Virus record (IMG/VR): IMGVR_UViG_3300026549_000030
Location: 64,001 to 128,000 of that record
Origin: a virus
Lineage: Duplodnaviria; Caudoviricetes
Length of the DNA stretch: 64,000 nucleotides
Direction: 5' to 3' (one strand)
Positions 50,225 through 58,755 of this stretch are shown here, in pieces (position 1 is the first letter of the stretch; each line of letters starts with the position of its first letter). The notes beneath the pieces were generated by a model, which saw only the letters and a program-made list of their open reading frames with translations, ran no database searches and was not told where the DNA came from. The position numbers were made by a program, and so were the translations under genes.

Positions 50225-51232
50225 TTAATATCCCTTAGTATCTACATTAGAGTAAAGAATTAATTTACCATCCATATTGAGGTGAACAAGCTGCTTCATA
50301 CCTGCAGGTAAATCGTCGTCGAACACCATAAGGGCTTTCTCCAATCCTCTTACATTCTGAATCTTACTAACGTCTGCAATAACAACGTGAAGTCCACCTG
50401 AAGGTGTTTCGTATTCAGTCTCAATTGGAACTCCATACTGTTTAAGAATGTTTTTTGTCTCATTCCATACATTCACTGCGCCGAGAGCGATAAGTTCTTG
50501 TTCCTGATTTGGATACTTCGGGAGGAATATCTGAGAACCTCTTGATTCAATTGTAACAATGCAATTATTTAATTTTGGATAATTTACATCGTCAACATAA
50601 TAAACTTCCTTGCCGTTCTTATCAGTAACTTTCTTTAAGTGCAGTTTAGAAGTTTTTGTCAATGGAAGATAATATGCATTCTTCTTTGTATCAATATCAA
50701 GGAAGAAACGAAGTCTGTCAGGCCATTTCTGTGCATCGTATGCCTTTGCCTGTCCTGCCATATGTTCGAATCCGTATTTCTGATCCCAAGGATTTAATTT
50801 ACTTCCATACTTCTGGCTAAGATTTGCGAGGTGGCTATTGATTGCGCTTTCAGAACGTGGATTGCAAGTTATATACGCCCTCGCATTGTTGGCGTCGCAA
50901 TAAGAAACGATTTGCTGCTTCAGAGAAACAAGTTCCTGTTTACTATGAACCTTGAAGGCTGTTCCATTTGCAAAGTTTCCGAACTGCCCTCCGTGATGAT
51001 ATTCAAATGAATTTCTTGACTGTTGCCTCCAATTCTGGGCGCCAGATTTATCCTTGTTATCCTTCCAACGTTTAACTATCTGAACGAAGAAGAATTGGTC
51101 CGGGTCAGTAAGGTTGATTAAATCGCCAACAAGGTCAAAGTTATCAACGACGGCTTTCGCTTCCGTAAGTACCGCTCCCTCGCTTAACAGCCTCTTATAT
51201 TGTGACTCAGTTATGATAATGCTTTTTGCCAT
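50225..51232 (-). CDS. Primase-polymerase (AEP)-like domain protein with I-T-E-S-Q leader
   Basis: 'FFLDIDTK' (DxD) and 'ETPSGGLHVV' motifs; leader 'MAKSIIITESQYKRLLSE'; TATTTATA at 51250-51257. Confidence 0.55.
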   Translation of the reverse strand: MAKSIIITESQYKRLLSEGAVLTEAKAVVDNFDLVGDLINLTDPDQFFFVQIVKRWKDNKDKSGAQNWRQQSRNSFEYHHGGQFGNFANGTAFKVHSKQELVSLKQQIVSYCDANNARAYITCNPRSESAINSHLANLSQKYGSKLNPWDQKYGFEHMAGQAKAYDAQKWPDRLRFFLDIDTKKNAYYLPLTKTSKLHLKKVTDKNGKEVYYVDDVNYPKLNNCIVTIESRGSQIFLPKYPNQEQELIALGAVNVWNETKNILKQYGVPIETEYETPSGGLHVVIADVSKIQNVRGLEKALMVFDDDLPAGMKQLVHLNMDGKLILYSNVDTKGY

Positions 51233-51347
51233 AAAAAATTTTTACTCATTATAAATACATTTCAATTCATAAAATTTACGTATGTTTGTTATGCAAAATG
51301 CCGATGACTATTGTTTTAGTCTACAAGCGAAAGGAAAAAAGTTAAAC

Positions 51348-53849
51348 ATGGAAAAAACTAAGATTAAGAAAATATCCCAAGAGGATATTGAAAAATTTAT
51401 CGACGGGCGTGACCCGCAAAAGCGAATTGTAAATCTCGAATACAATTACCGCGATGACTTCGTTACAGTAATCTATCGTAACGAGAACGATCAAAAATGC
51501 AAAACAAAGGAAAGTTTCTACCCTTTCTGTTGGGCGACATTGAAAGCGTGCCAACGTCTGTGTCACGGGGATAAGAATGAATTGGTTCGTATAATGAAAT
51601 TATACGGAATCGGCGTAAAGAAGCTTTCGCAAACAAATATCAAGGGAGAAGTTCGGCACGAATTCGATGACGGATACCTGTTTATGTTCTTCGCAAAGAA
51701 GCCAATGTCATACTCCCGCTTCCTTAATTTCTTTAAGGAATGCGACAATCCCGTTTATTCAAGGAATAAGGAAGACGAAGTTAATCGTCCAAAGTCAGAA
51801 TCGAAACAATATCTGTGCGTAACGCCTCAGGAACAGTTCCTCATTTCAACAGGAAAACGTTTCTTTAAGGGGTACGACGATTATGACCAGGTTCTTAAAA
51901 TGACGTTCGACTTGGAGACAACAGGACTTGATACTGAAAAAGATAAGATTAATCAGATTGGTATCAAGTTCAACCGTCCTTTCTTGAATCACCCCGAAGG
52001 ATTTGAGAAAATTTTTACTGTAACAGGAAACACAAAGGAAGAGAGGGAAGACAGCGAAAGGTTCGCCATTGACCAAATGTTCAGAATAATTTACACATTC
52101 AAGCCTGACATTATTACTGCGCATAATGGAGAGAATTTCGACTGGAATATGATTATCGGTGCTTGCAAGCGCCTCGGAATGCCAATTGAGCAATCTTCTG
52201 CAAGGTATTTTGGCGGAGATTATATCCATAAGGAGGAAAAGGAATCAATCTTGAAAATGGGCGGCGAGATGGAAAACTATCACGCCACAATCGTTCCTGG
52301 TGTTATCGTTACAGACTCCCTGCACGCTGTACGCCGTGCGCAGGCGCTTGATTCCAATATGTTAAAGGCAGACTTGAAGTACGTTACAGAGTACTCCAAG
52401 ATGAAAAAGCCTAACCGTGTATATGTTCCCGGAGATAAGATTGCAACCACATGGGCTGATATCATTAACGAATACGCATTCAATAATGAAAACGGAGATT
52501 GGTACCGTTATAATCCAGAACTTAATGATGAGGATAATGGAGAAATTTACGGCGGTAAAAAATCGTTCATTCCAGAACATGGATTCATTAGAGATGGCTA
52601 TGAACTCACAACAGGAAAATATATTGTGGAAAGATACCTCTTGGACGACTTGTGGGAATGCGACAGGGTTGAGTACAGGTACAACACTCCGAATTTCCTT
52701 GTGTGTAAAATGCTTCCCGTTCCGTATCGTCGCTGTACTACTATGGGTACTGCAGTACAGTGGAAGGCGCTTATGCTTGCTTGGAGTTATGAGCAAGGGC
52801 TCGCAATTCCTATGTTCGGTGAGCAAAAGACGTTCACGGGAGGTTTGTCTCGATTATTGAGGACAGGATTTGTTAAAAAAGTTGTTAAGCTTGACTATAA
52901 CTCACTTTATCCTTCCATTATTCTGACATGGGGAATTACCGATCCGACAGACCTTATGCTGTCAATGCTGCATTTCCTTGAACACGTTCTTACACAGCGC
53001 GAAAAATATAAGGGCTTAAAGAAAGCTGCGGGAAAAAAGAAGGAAAAGGCGGAAACCGAAGAAGAAAAACGCAAATACGCTGAGGAAGAATCATTTAACG
53101 ATAAGAAGCAGCTACCTCTTAAAATTTTCGGTAACTCGTTCTTTGGAAGTTACGGAGCGCCTAACGTTTTTCCGTTTGGTAGTCTGAAGTGTGCCGAGCA
53201 GACAACGTGCACAGGGCGCATGGCGTTACGACTTATGATTAGCCATTTCAAGAAGCTTGGATACGAGCCTATTGTGGGTGACTCCTTTACGGAAGACACA
53301 CCAGTGTTTATTAGATATATTAAAACTGGAATGATTGATATTGTTCCTATTTGTGAGCTTATTAGCGAAGAACATATTGAAACAGATGCGCTTGGTCGTG
53401 AATATGATTATTCTAAAAAGCCGTATCAAGTTCTTTGCCGTAGTGGATGGGTAAGCCCGTCGTACATTTACAGGCATAAAACCAATAAGGACATCTACGA
53501 AGTGACAGACGATGAAATGCGAGCTGAAGTTACAGAAGACCATTCACTTTTCGACACAGAAATGAATAAGATTAATCCTTCCGAAATTAACAGTAGTACA
53601 GAATTAGAGTATTACAGCGGAAACATTAGCAATCTAAAAGATAAAGAAGTACGTGATGAGTGGATTGGAGGCGCGGCAAAAAGGCTTGCTGATAACGATA
53701 TTGATAGGGTTCCCCTTTATGTACTGAATGGCACAAAATACAACGCGCAAATGTTCTATGAAGCTTTTATGGAATTTCAGAGGGATGATATTCAATATAG
53801 CAAGACTTGTCTCGCCGGGCTTCAATATCTCAAAAAAAGTATTTCATAA
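51348..53849 (+). CDS. polB: Family B DNA polymerase, N-terminal half, fused to N-terminal split intein
   Basis: Exo motifs 'FDLETTG' and 'HNGENFD', region II 'DYNSLYPS', region III 'KIFGNSFFGSYG', then 'IVGD|SFTEDTPV'. TATGTTTG at 51281-51288 supports the start at MEKTKI. Confidence 0.93.
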   Translation: MEKTKIKKISQEDIEKFIDGRDPQKRIVNLEYNYRDDFVTVIYRNENDQKCKTKESFYPFCWATLKACQRLCHGDKNELVRIMKLYGIGVKKLSQTNIKGEVRHEFDDGYLFMFFAKKPMSYSRFLNFFKECDNPVYSRNKEDEVNRPKSESKQYLCVTPQEQFLISTGKRFFKGYDDYDQVLKMTFDLETTGLDTEKDKINQIGIKFNRPFLNHPEGFEKIFTVTGNTKEEREDSERFAIDQMFRIIYTFKPDIITAHNGENFDWNMIIGACKRLGMPIEQSSARYFGGDYIHKEEKESILKMGGEMENYHATIVPGVIVTDSLHAVRRAQALDSNMLKADLKYVTEYSKMKKPNRVYVPGDKIATTWADIINEYAFNNENGDWYRYNPELNDEDNGEIYGGKKSFIPEHGFIRDGYELTTGKYIVERYLLDDLWECDRVEYRYNTPNFLVCKMLPVPYRRCTTMGTAVQWKALMLAWSYEQGLAIPMFGEQKTFTGGLSRLLRTGFVKKVVKLDYNSLYPSIILTWGITDPTDLMLSMLHFLEHVLTQREKYKGLKKAAGKKKEKAETEEEKRKYAEEESFNDKKQLPLKIFGNSFFGSYGAPNVFPFGSLKCAEQTTCTGRMALRLMISHFKKLGYEPIVGDSFTEDTPVFIRYIKTGMIDIVPICELISEEHIETDALGREYDYSKKPYQVLCRSGWVSPSYIYRHKTNKDIYEVTDDEMRAEVTEDHSLFDTEMNKINPSEINSSTELEYYSGNISNLKDKEVRDEWIGGAAKRLADNDIDRVPLYVLNGTKYNAQMFYEAFMEFQRDDIQYSKTCLAGLQYLKKSIS
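53283..53846 (+). mobile_element. Split intein, N-part (188 aa)
   Basis: Block A 'SFTEDTPV', block B 'VTEDHSLF', degenerate LAGLIDADG-region remnants, then stop. Confidence 0.88.
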
Positions 53850-53903
53850 TTCTTTCTTTTTAGATTTGTTTGTATATTTATTATTAGAAAGAATTATGAA
53901 ATA
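53840..53903 (+). promoter_or_regulatory. 18-bp hairpin occluding the endonuclease start, with a late-type motif in the loop
   Basis: tatttcataattctttct (53840-53857) pairs perfectly with agaaagaattatgaaata (53886-53903); TATTTAT at 53875-53881. Confidence 0.75.
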
Positions 53904-54838
53904 TGAGAAAACTAACAAAAGAAGAGGTAATTGAAAACATAAAAAAATTGTGCGGAGATAATTTTACGTTTTCATTAAAAGAATATGAAAACACCGGAAG
54001 TAAGGTTATTTTGACTTGCAATAAATGTGGCAAAACCTTCAAAAGAAAATACAATACATTGATGTATAATCAAACGTGCCCATATTGCAATGGTACGGCA
54101 AGGGTACAAGATACTGAATGGTTTATTAAAAAAGCCACAGAACTTCATAATGGTAAGTACGACTATTCAAAGTCAGAATATCGCGGAACAGATAAAAAAG
54201 TAATTGTTATCTGCCATGAAAAAGATGAATTCGGAGAAGAACATGGTGAATTTTTTGTCACCCCACACTCGCATATCGGTTCAATGAAAAGCGGCTGTCC
54301 GAAATGTTCCGGAAAATATAGGACAACAACAGAGGAATTTATTAAGAAAGCGAAGAAAATTCATGGAGATAAGTACGATTACTCAAAAACCGTTTACGTA
54401 AGGGCGCTATCTCCGGTCATAATAACCTGCCCGGAACACGGAGACTTCCTTCAGAAGCCAAACGGCCATTTATCAGGACAGGGCTGCCCTTATTGTAAGC
54501 AAAGTCATATTGAGCGAGAAATAAGGGAACTGCTAATCGAGAATAAAATTGAATTTAAACAAGAATATACGCCAGAATGGCTCAAACCGCTGCATATAGA
54601 TTTTTTCATACCGTCAAAAAATATCGCAATTGAATGTCAAGGGCTACAGCATTTTATTCCCGCAGCATATTACGGTGGAGAAGAAGGGCTTTCTATTAGG
54701 AGAGAAAGGGATGAAAGAAAAAGAAAGTTATGTAGAGAAAACGATATAACGTTATTATATTATGCAAATTACGATTATGATTTCCCTTATTATGTGATCA
54801 AAAATAAAAATGAACTTTTGAACTTTATAAAAAACTAA
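53903..54838 (+). CDS. Free-standing homing endonuclease (zinc-ribbon repeats plus Vsr-like domain) between the intein halves
   Basis: Same repeat as the 8457-10121 protein; 'IDFFIPSKNIAIECQGLQHF…RDERKRKLC'. Confidence 0.82.
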   Translation: MRKLTKEEVIENIKKLCGDNFTFSLKEYENTGSKVILTCNKCGKTFKRKYNTLMYNQTCPYCNGTARVQDTEWFIKKATELHNGKYDYSKSEYRGTDKKVIVICHEKDEFGEEHGEFFVTPHSHIGSMKSGCPKCSGKYRTTTEEFIKKAKKIHGDKYDYSKTVYVRALSPVIITCPEHGDFLQKPNGHLSGQGCPYCKQSHIEREIRELLIENKIEFKQEYTPEWLKPLHIDFFIPSKNIAIECQGLQHFIPAAYYGGEEGLSIRRERDERKRKLCRENDITLLYYANYDYDFPYYVIKNKNELLNFIKN

Positions 54839-54847
54839 TTATCTTTG
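54817..54847 (+). promoter_or_regulatory. Bacteroidota sigma70-type promoter for the second polymerase half
   Basis: TTTG (54817-54820), 19-nt spacer, TATCTTTG (54840-54847). Confidence 0.7.
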
Positions 54848-54869
54848 AAATATATTAAATTTTAAGAAC

Positions 54870-54971
54870 ATGATTAATGTAAAAAACAAAGGAAAAACGT
54901 CCGCGTATGTTTATGACATCTCTCTTGATGGAACGGTAGTCAACGCACTGGGTATGAACGTCATGAGTAAT
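54870..54971 (+). mobile_element. Split intein, C-part (34 aa)
   Basis: 'MINVKNKGKTSAYVYDISLDGTVVNALGMNVMSN|T': block F 'VYDI', terminal Asn, +1 Thr. Confidence 0.88.
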
Positions 54972-55201
54972 ACAGATGGCTTCAATTTTGCATTACCAGA
55001 CGATTCTGTTTACAGATATACTAAGGAGCATCCTTACGTGAGTACGGGACTATCACGAGAAACAAAAGAAGGCACTGAATATACCGGTTTTAAAGCAGAT
55101 GTAGCAGAATTTAATGATATCTATATGTGCGACAAGCACTACTCCACAGATGCAGTAAATAAAATGGGGCTTGGTATCGATGAAATTGTCGACGCAACCA
55201 T
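54870..55201 (+). CDS. polB: Family B DNA polymerase, C-terminal half, exon 1 (IntC + TDG…)
   Basis: Completes the GD|TDG catalytic motif; ends at the group I 5' splice site. Confidence 0.88.
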
Positions 55202-55529
55202 TAACAAATTGGTGGCATAACACGAAAACGTGTTAATGAAAATTCGGTGAATTGCGGGAAATCCTATAAAACAATAAAGATACTACTCACAATTGAGAAG
55301 AATGGGTAACGCCATTTTAATAGTAACAACTCTTTATTGGGGACAATCAACTAAACGCAGCCAAGCTTGGGCTTAACAACCCTTGAAGGTTCAGAGACTA
55401 ACGGTTGAAACTCTTTATTGAGAATATAATACCGACACGAGTGCCGAACATCTTAATAAGATGATGATATAGTCCGACACTTTGGGTAACCAAAGAATTA
55501 ATCTTAAATGATTGATTATTAACAGTTTG
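55202..55529 (+). ncRNA. Group I self-splicing intron (IA-like, ORF-less, 328 nt)
   Basis: P element AATTGCGGGAAA, R element GTTCAGAGACTA, S element GATATAGTCC. P1 CCAU^UAA/UUGGUGG with U-G pair; P10 CAAUUU/AAAUUG; P2, P3, P8 and P9 helices; terminal G. Splicing restores the reading frame. Confidence 0.93.
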
Positions 55530-56796
55530 CAATTTTAGCCGCAAAAACTACGCAGACTACTTTCCTGAGAATCCTTATCCTGAGGATGTTAAACTTGTGG
55601 GTAACACTATCAAGTCAAAGAAAATGCCTGAATATATTTCCAAATTCCTTGCAATTGGAATTAGGCTGCTCTTGCAGGGTAAGGGACAGGAGTTCCTTGA
55701 GGAATACTACAACTACGTGGAGAAAATCTACAATTATCAGATACCGCTCAGGGATATCGCAACCAAGGGTAAGATTAAGAAAACACTTGCCGAGTATAAG
55801 AAGGACGTTCAAACACTTACAAAGGCGGGGCGCCCGAAATCCCGACAGGCTTGGTACGAACTTGCAATTGCGAACGGGCTCAGCGTAGGTAACGGTGATA
55901 CGATTTATTATATCAATACAGGTAAGTCAAAATCTCACGCTGACGTTAAAAAAACGAAGAAATTCTATTCTACGGATATGTTCGGACAGACAATCGACAT
56001 AACGAAGAAAATTGAAAGCGCTTATAATAAGTGGAAAAAATCTCCCGAAGCAATAAAGAGTGTAGGCGGAACAAATCTCGCTTCCACATACGCCATTGAC
56101 GATTACGCAAGGAAATACTACAATCCTGTCGATATCAAAGACGAGATTATTCTGAACTGCGCCCTCGTTCCGAGAGATATTCTTGATAAGGAAGAGGACA
56201 CGTTCTGCGCGGACGTAAGCGAGGAACTCGAATATAACGTTCCCAAGTACGTTGATATGTTCAACAAGCGCATTACCCCGCTCCTCGTTTGCTTCAGCAA
56301 GGAAATCCGTTCTGACATTCTTATTGACAATCCGAAGAACCGTCCATACTTCACAAACGAGCAATGCGAACTCGTGTCAGGTGAACCGAATAAACCAGGC
56401 GATCAGGACACATACGAGCAGCTTATGACTATGGAAGATAAGGAAATCAAGTTCTGGAAAAAGTATAACCTTGTTCCTCCATTTGTTGAGGAGTGCGGAA
56501 TGGGAACTTGGGAAGAGATTCTCACTGATTATGATAGGAGAATGGAAGAGGAAGAGAAGAGTGGACTCGCAGCGGAGAAGGCACTATACGGACAACTTCT
56601 CGATCAGATGACGGCAGAGGAAATAGACACCGTTATAGAGGAGGGTACGCTTCCTGCGGCATTCTCAAAAATTGTTGAGGTTGACCCTGAGACAATGGAC
56701 TTAATATCAAAGGCTTACAATCGCGGCAAAATCGGAAATCTACGAGATTTCATTGATGCGAGGACAGCAATAAGTCAGGTTGAAAATATGGATTAA
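55530..56796 (+). CDS. polB: Family B DNA polymerase, C-terminal half, exon 2
   Basis: Frame is open upstream of the track's GTG: 'NFSRKNYADY…VKLVGNTIK' (KxY motif region), 'GDTIYYI', 'KYVDMF'. Confidence 0.9.
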
Positions 56797-56797
56797 G

Positions 56798-56832
56798 AAA
56801 AAAAAGTCGTAGGAGAACCCTGCGGCTTTTTC
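56798..56832. terminator. Bidirectional intrinsic terminator
   Basis: aaaaagtcgtagg-agaac-cctgcggcttttt between convergent genes. Confidence 0.65.
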
Positions 56833-56833
56833 A

Positions 56834-57289
56834 TTAAAATATTGTTGTTTGTTCATTTACAATCTTCTTAATATGAAGTTTTCCATTCTTAACTTCTATC
56901 TCGTCACTCTTGAAATTTGCAATTCCTGTCATTTCATTAAGGAATGTTGTTCCATTAAATTGTACGTCCTTGACTTTACCGTCTCCGCCTCCGCCACCTT
57001 CTCCGATAAGGGCAAGCCCCCAAACTTCACTCGATTCTTCTGTGGATGGTGTTTTTACGACAATTTTATATACTTGAACGGAAGTTCCTGATTCAGTATC
57101 CTCAACTACGCTTATTATTTGCCCAAGATATGCTACCGTTGGAACAAGTTCTTCTGTTTCTTCTTCTATATTACCTCCGCGAGCATATTTATCCGCTGCG
57201 TCTAAAGAATAAAAGATACTCGATGTATCTAACGGAAATGCATCGAGCCTCTTAAATGGTTTTCTCAGGTTTTGTGGTTTTATTGCCAT
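56834..57289 (-). CDS. Putative virion fibre/decoration protein
   Basis: 'FPLDTSS…AYLGQIISV' and a Gly-rich hinge. Confidence 0.45.
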   Translation of the reverse strand: MAIKPQNLRKPFKRLDAFPLDTSSIFYSLDAADKYARGGNIEEETEELVPTVAYLGQIISVVEDTESGTSVQVYKIVVKTPSTEESSEVWGLALIGEGGGGGDGKVKDVQFNGTTFLNEMTGIANFKSDEIEVKNGKLHIKKIVNEQTTIF

Positions 57290-58743
57290 TATACTATTCT
57301 TACATAAAATTCTTCATTAGAGCTTGCAGAAGATTCGATAGTTTTATAAGCATATGCGTTATACTTATTATTCAATGAATCAGGTTCTGAAACAAGACAA
57401 ATTCCTTTATTTTCAAATAAATCTTGTATATATGGTTCGCCACCTTCATTAGTTTTCACACTAATTAAATCGCGACCAAATGGGAGCAATATAATACAAT
57501 TCAGACTACCCTCCTCAATATCTATTGTGAAGCCGGAAGATAACGCCAACGCTGTTTCAGTTTCATGAAAATCGCTAATGCGTCTAACCCTTCTGTCATC
57601 ATCAATATAATAGCTCAGTCTTTTATCTGTGCTTATATAATAAACTTTTCTCATATCTTCCGAGCAAAGTGCCTTCACAAAATCGGTGAATGTGGTACCG
57701 TCTTTAATTATGTTATCAGGCCAAATTCCTGAAATAAATGGATAAAGCGGGCTGTTTTCCGAAATTACGACGTCTTCGGTTAATGTAACGTCCGTAACCT
57801 TTTCTTCGAGCTCATTGATACTATCCGTGATAGCACTTATCTCAGAGCTTATTTCGCTTAAAGATTCTGTAAACGCGCTATCAAGCTCGGCAATATCTTC
57901 AGTTAATCCGCTTTCGGCGTCTTTTGCGCGTTCAGTTTCAGCCTCTATTTTGCTTTGAAGCTCGGACTCTTTCTCTTCCGCTCTTGCTTTCTCCGCGTTT
58001 TCAGCAGCTTCTGCACGCTCTTTCTCGCTGTTAATTGCCTCCTGTAATTCTTGTTCCTTACCATTGGCTCTTTCAATTTCAGCGTCCAATGCTTCACCGA
58101 GCGCTTCCCTGCTACCAATTTCTTCGGTTATCCTTTGGCTGAGATTCTCATCCGCTTGCTGCCTTTCTTGCGCCTCTGCATTCAGCGCCTGTCCAAATGC
58201 TTCTGCAAGAGCTCTCTCAGATTCAGTTGCCCTATGGGTTTCTTCTTCAATTTTTTCGTTAAGATTACTGTCTGCCTCCTGTCTTTCTTCCTTCTCTTTA
58301 TCAACTGCCTCTTTGATTTCAGCATCTATCCCCTCAACAAATTCTTTTGCAATCTTTAATGGGTTATTCTCTGAGCCGTCTCCTTCCAATGTGCAATCTG
58401 TGTGAATATCAGCATAAGTGAAAAATCCTGTTATTGCACTTTGCTCCACGCCATTTACAAAGAGATGAAGCGTTCCGTCGGAAGGATCATAATATGATTC
58501 ATCCAAGTTGAAATCAGTTAATCCTGAAAGCAACTCGGCGAGCCCTTCAATTTCTATTTTATCTCCGTTAAGCCTGTAAAGGGTAATAACCCCGTTTTCC
58601 GGATTTAAGTCGCCTGATTTTATATCATATCCTCTAAGGAAATGGAAATTTGCATCAATCTCAGGCCCGGTAAGTCCACAACCCTTGGTTGTATCACCAG
58701 GGTATATATCCTTCGAAAGCTTGTAATATGTTACTCCTGACAT
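57289..58743 (-). CDS. Putative fibre protein with long coiled coil
   Basis: N-terminal 'LTGPEIDANF', 'LEGDGSENNPLKI', repeated 'E..RA..AE..L' heptads. Confidence 0.6.
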   Translation of the reverse strand: MSGVTYYKLSKDIYPGDTTKGCGLTGPEIDANFHFLRGYDIKSGDLNPENGVITLYRLNGDKIEIEGLAELLSGLTDFNLDESYYDPSDGTLHLFVNGVEQSAITGFFTYADIHTDCTLEGDGSENNPLKIAKEFVEGIDAEIKEAVDKEKEERQEADSNLNEKIEEETHRATESERALAEAFGQALNAEAQERQQADENLSQRITEEIGSREALGEALDAEIERANGKEQELQEAINSEKERAEAAENAEKARAEEKESELQSKIEAETERAKDAESGLTEDIAELDSAFTESLSEISSEISAITDSINELEEKVTDVTLTEDVVISENSPLYPFISGIWPDNIIKDGTTFTDFVKALCSEDMRKVYYISTDKRLSYYIDDDRRVRRISDFHETETALALSSGFTIDIEEGSLNCIILLPFGRDLISVKTNEGGEPYIQDLFENKGICLVSEPDSLNNKYNAYAYKTIESSASSNEEFYVRIV

Positions 58744-58755
58744 ATCTAATATTTT

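Noticed and set aside
53849-54870. The endonuclease might lie inside an RNA intron that rejoins IntN and IntC in cis
   Set aside because: The flanks (53 and 31 nt) are too short and show no group I or II core motifs, and IntC has its own ATG and promoter consensus.
54870-56796. polB as a pseudogene, or as separate 116-aa and 399-aa genes
   Set aside because: The gap is a well-formed group I intron whose removal restores the frame and the KNY motif.
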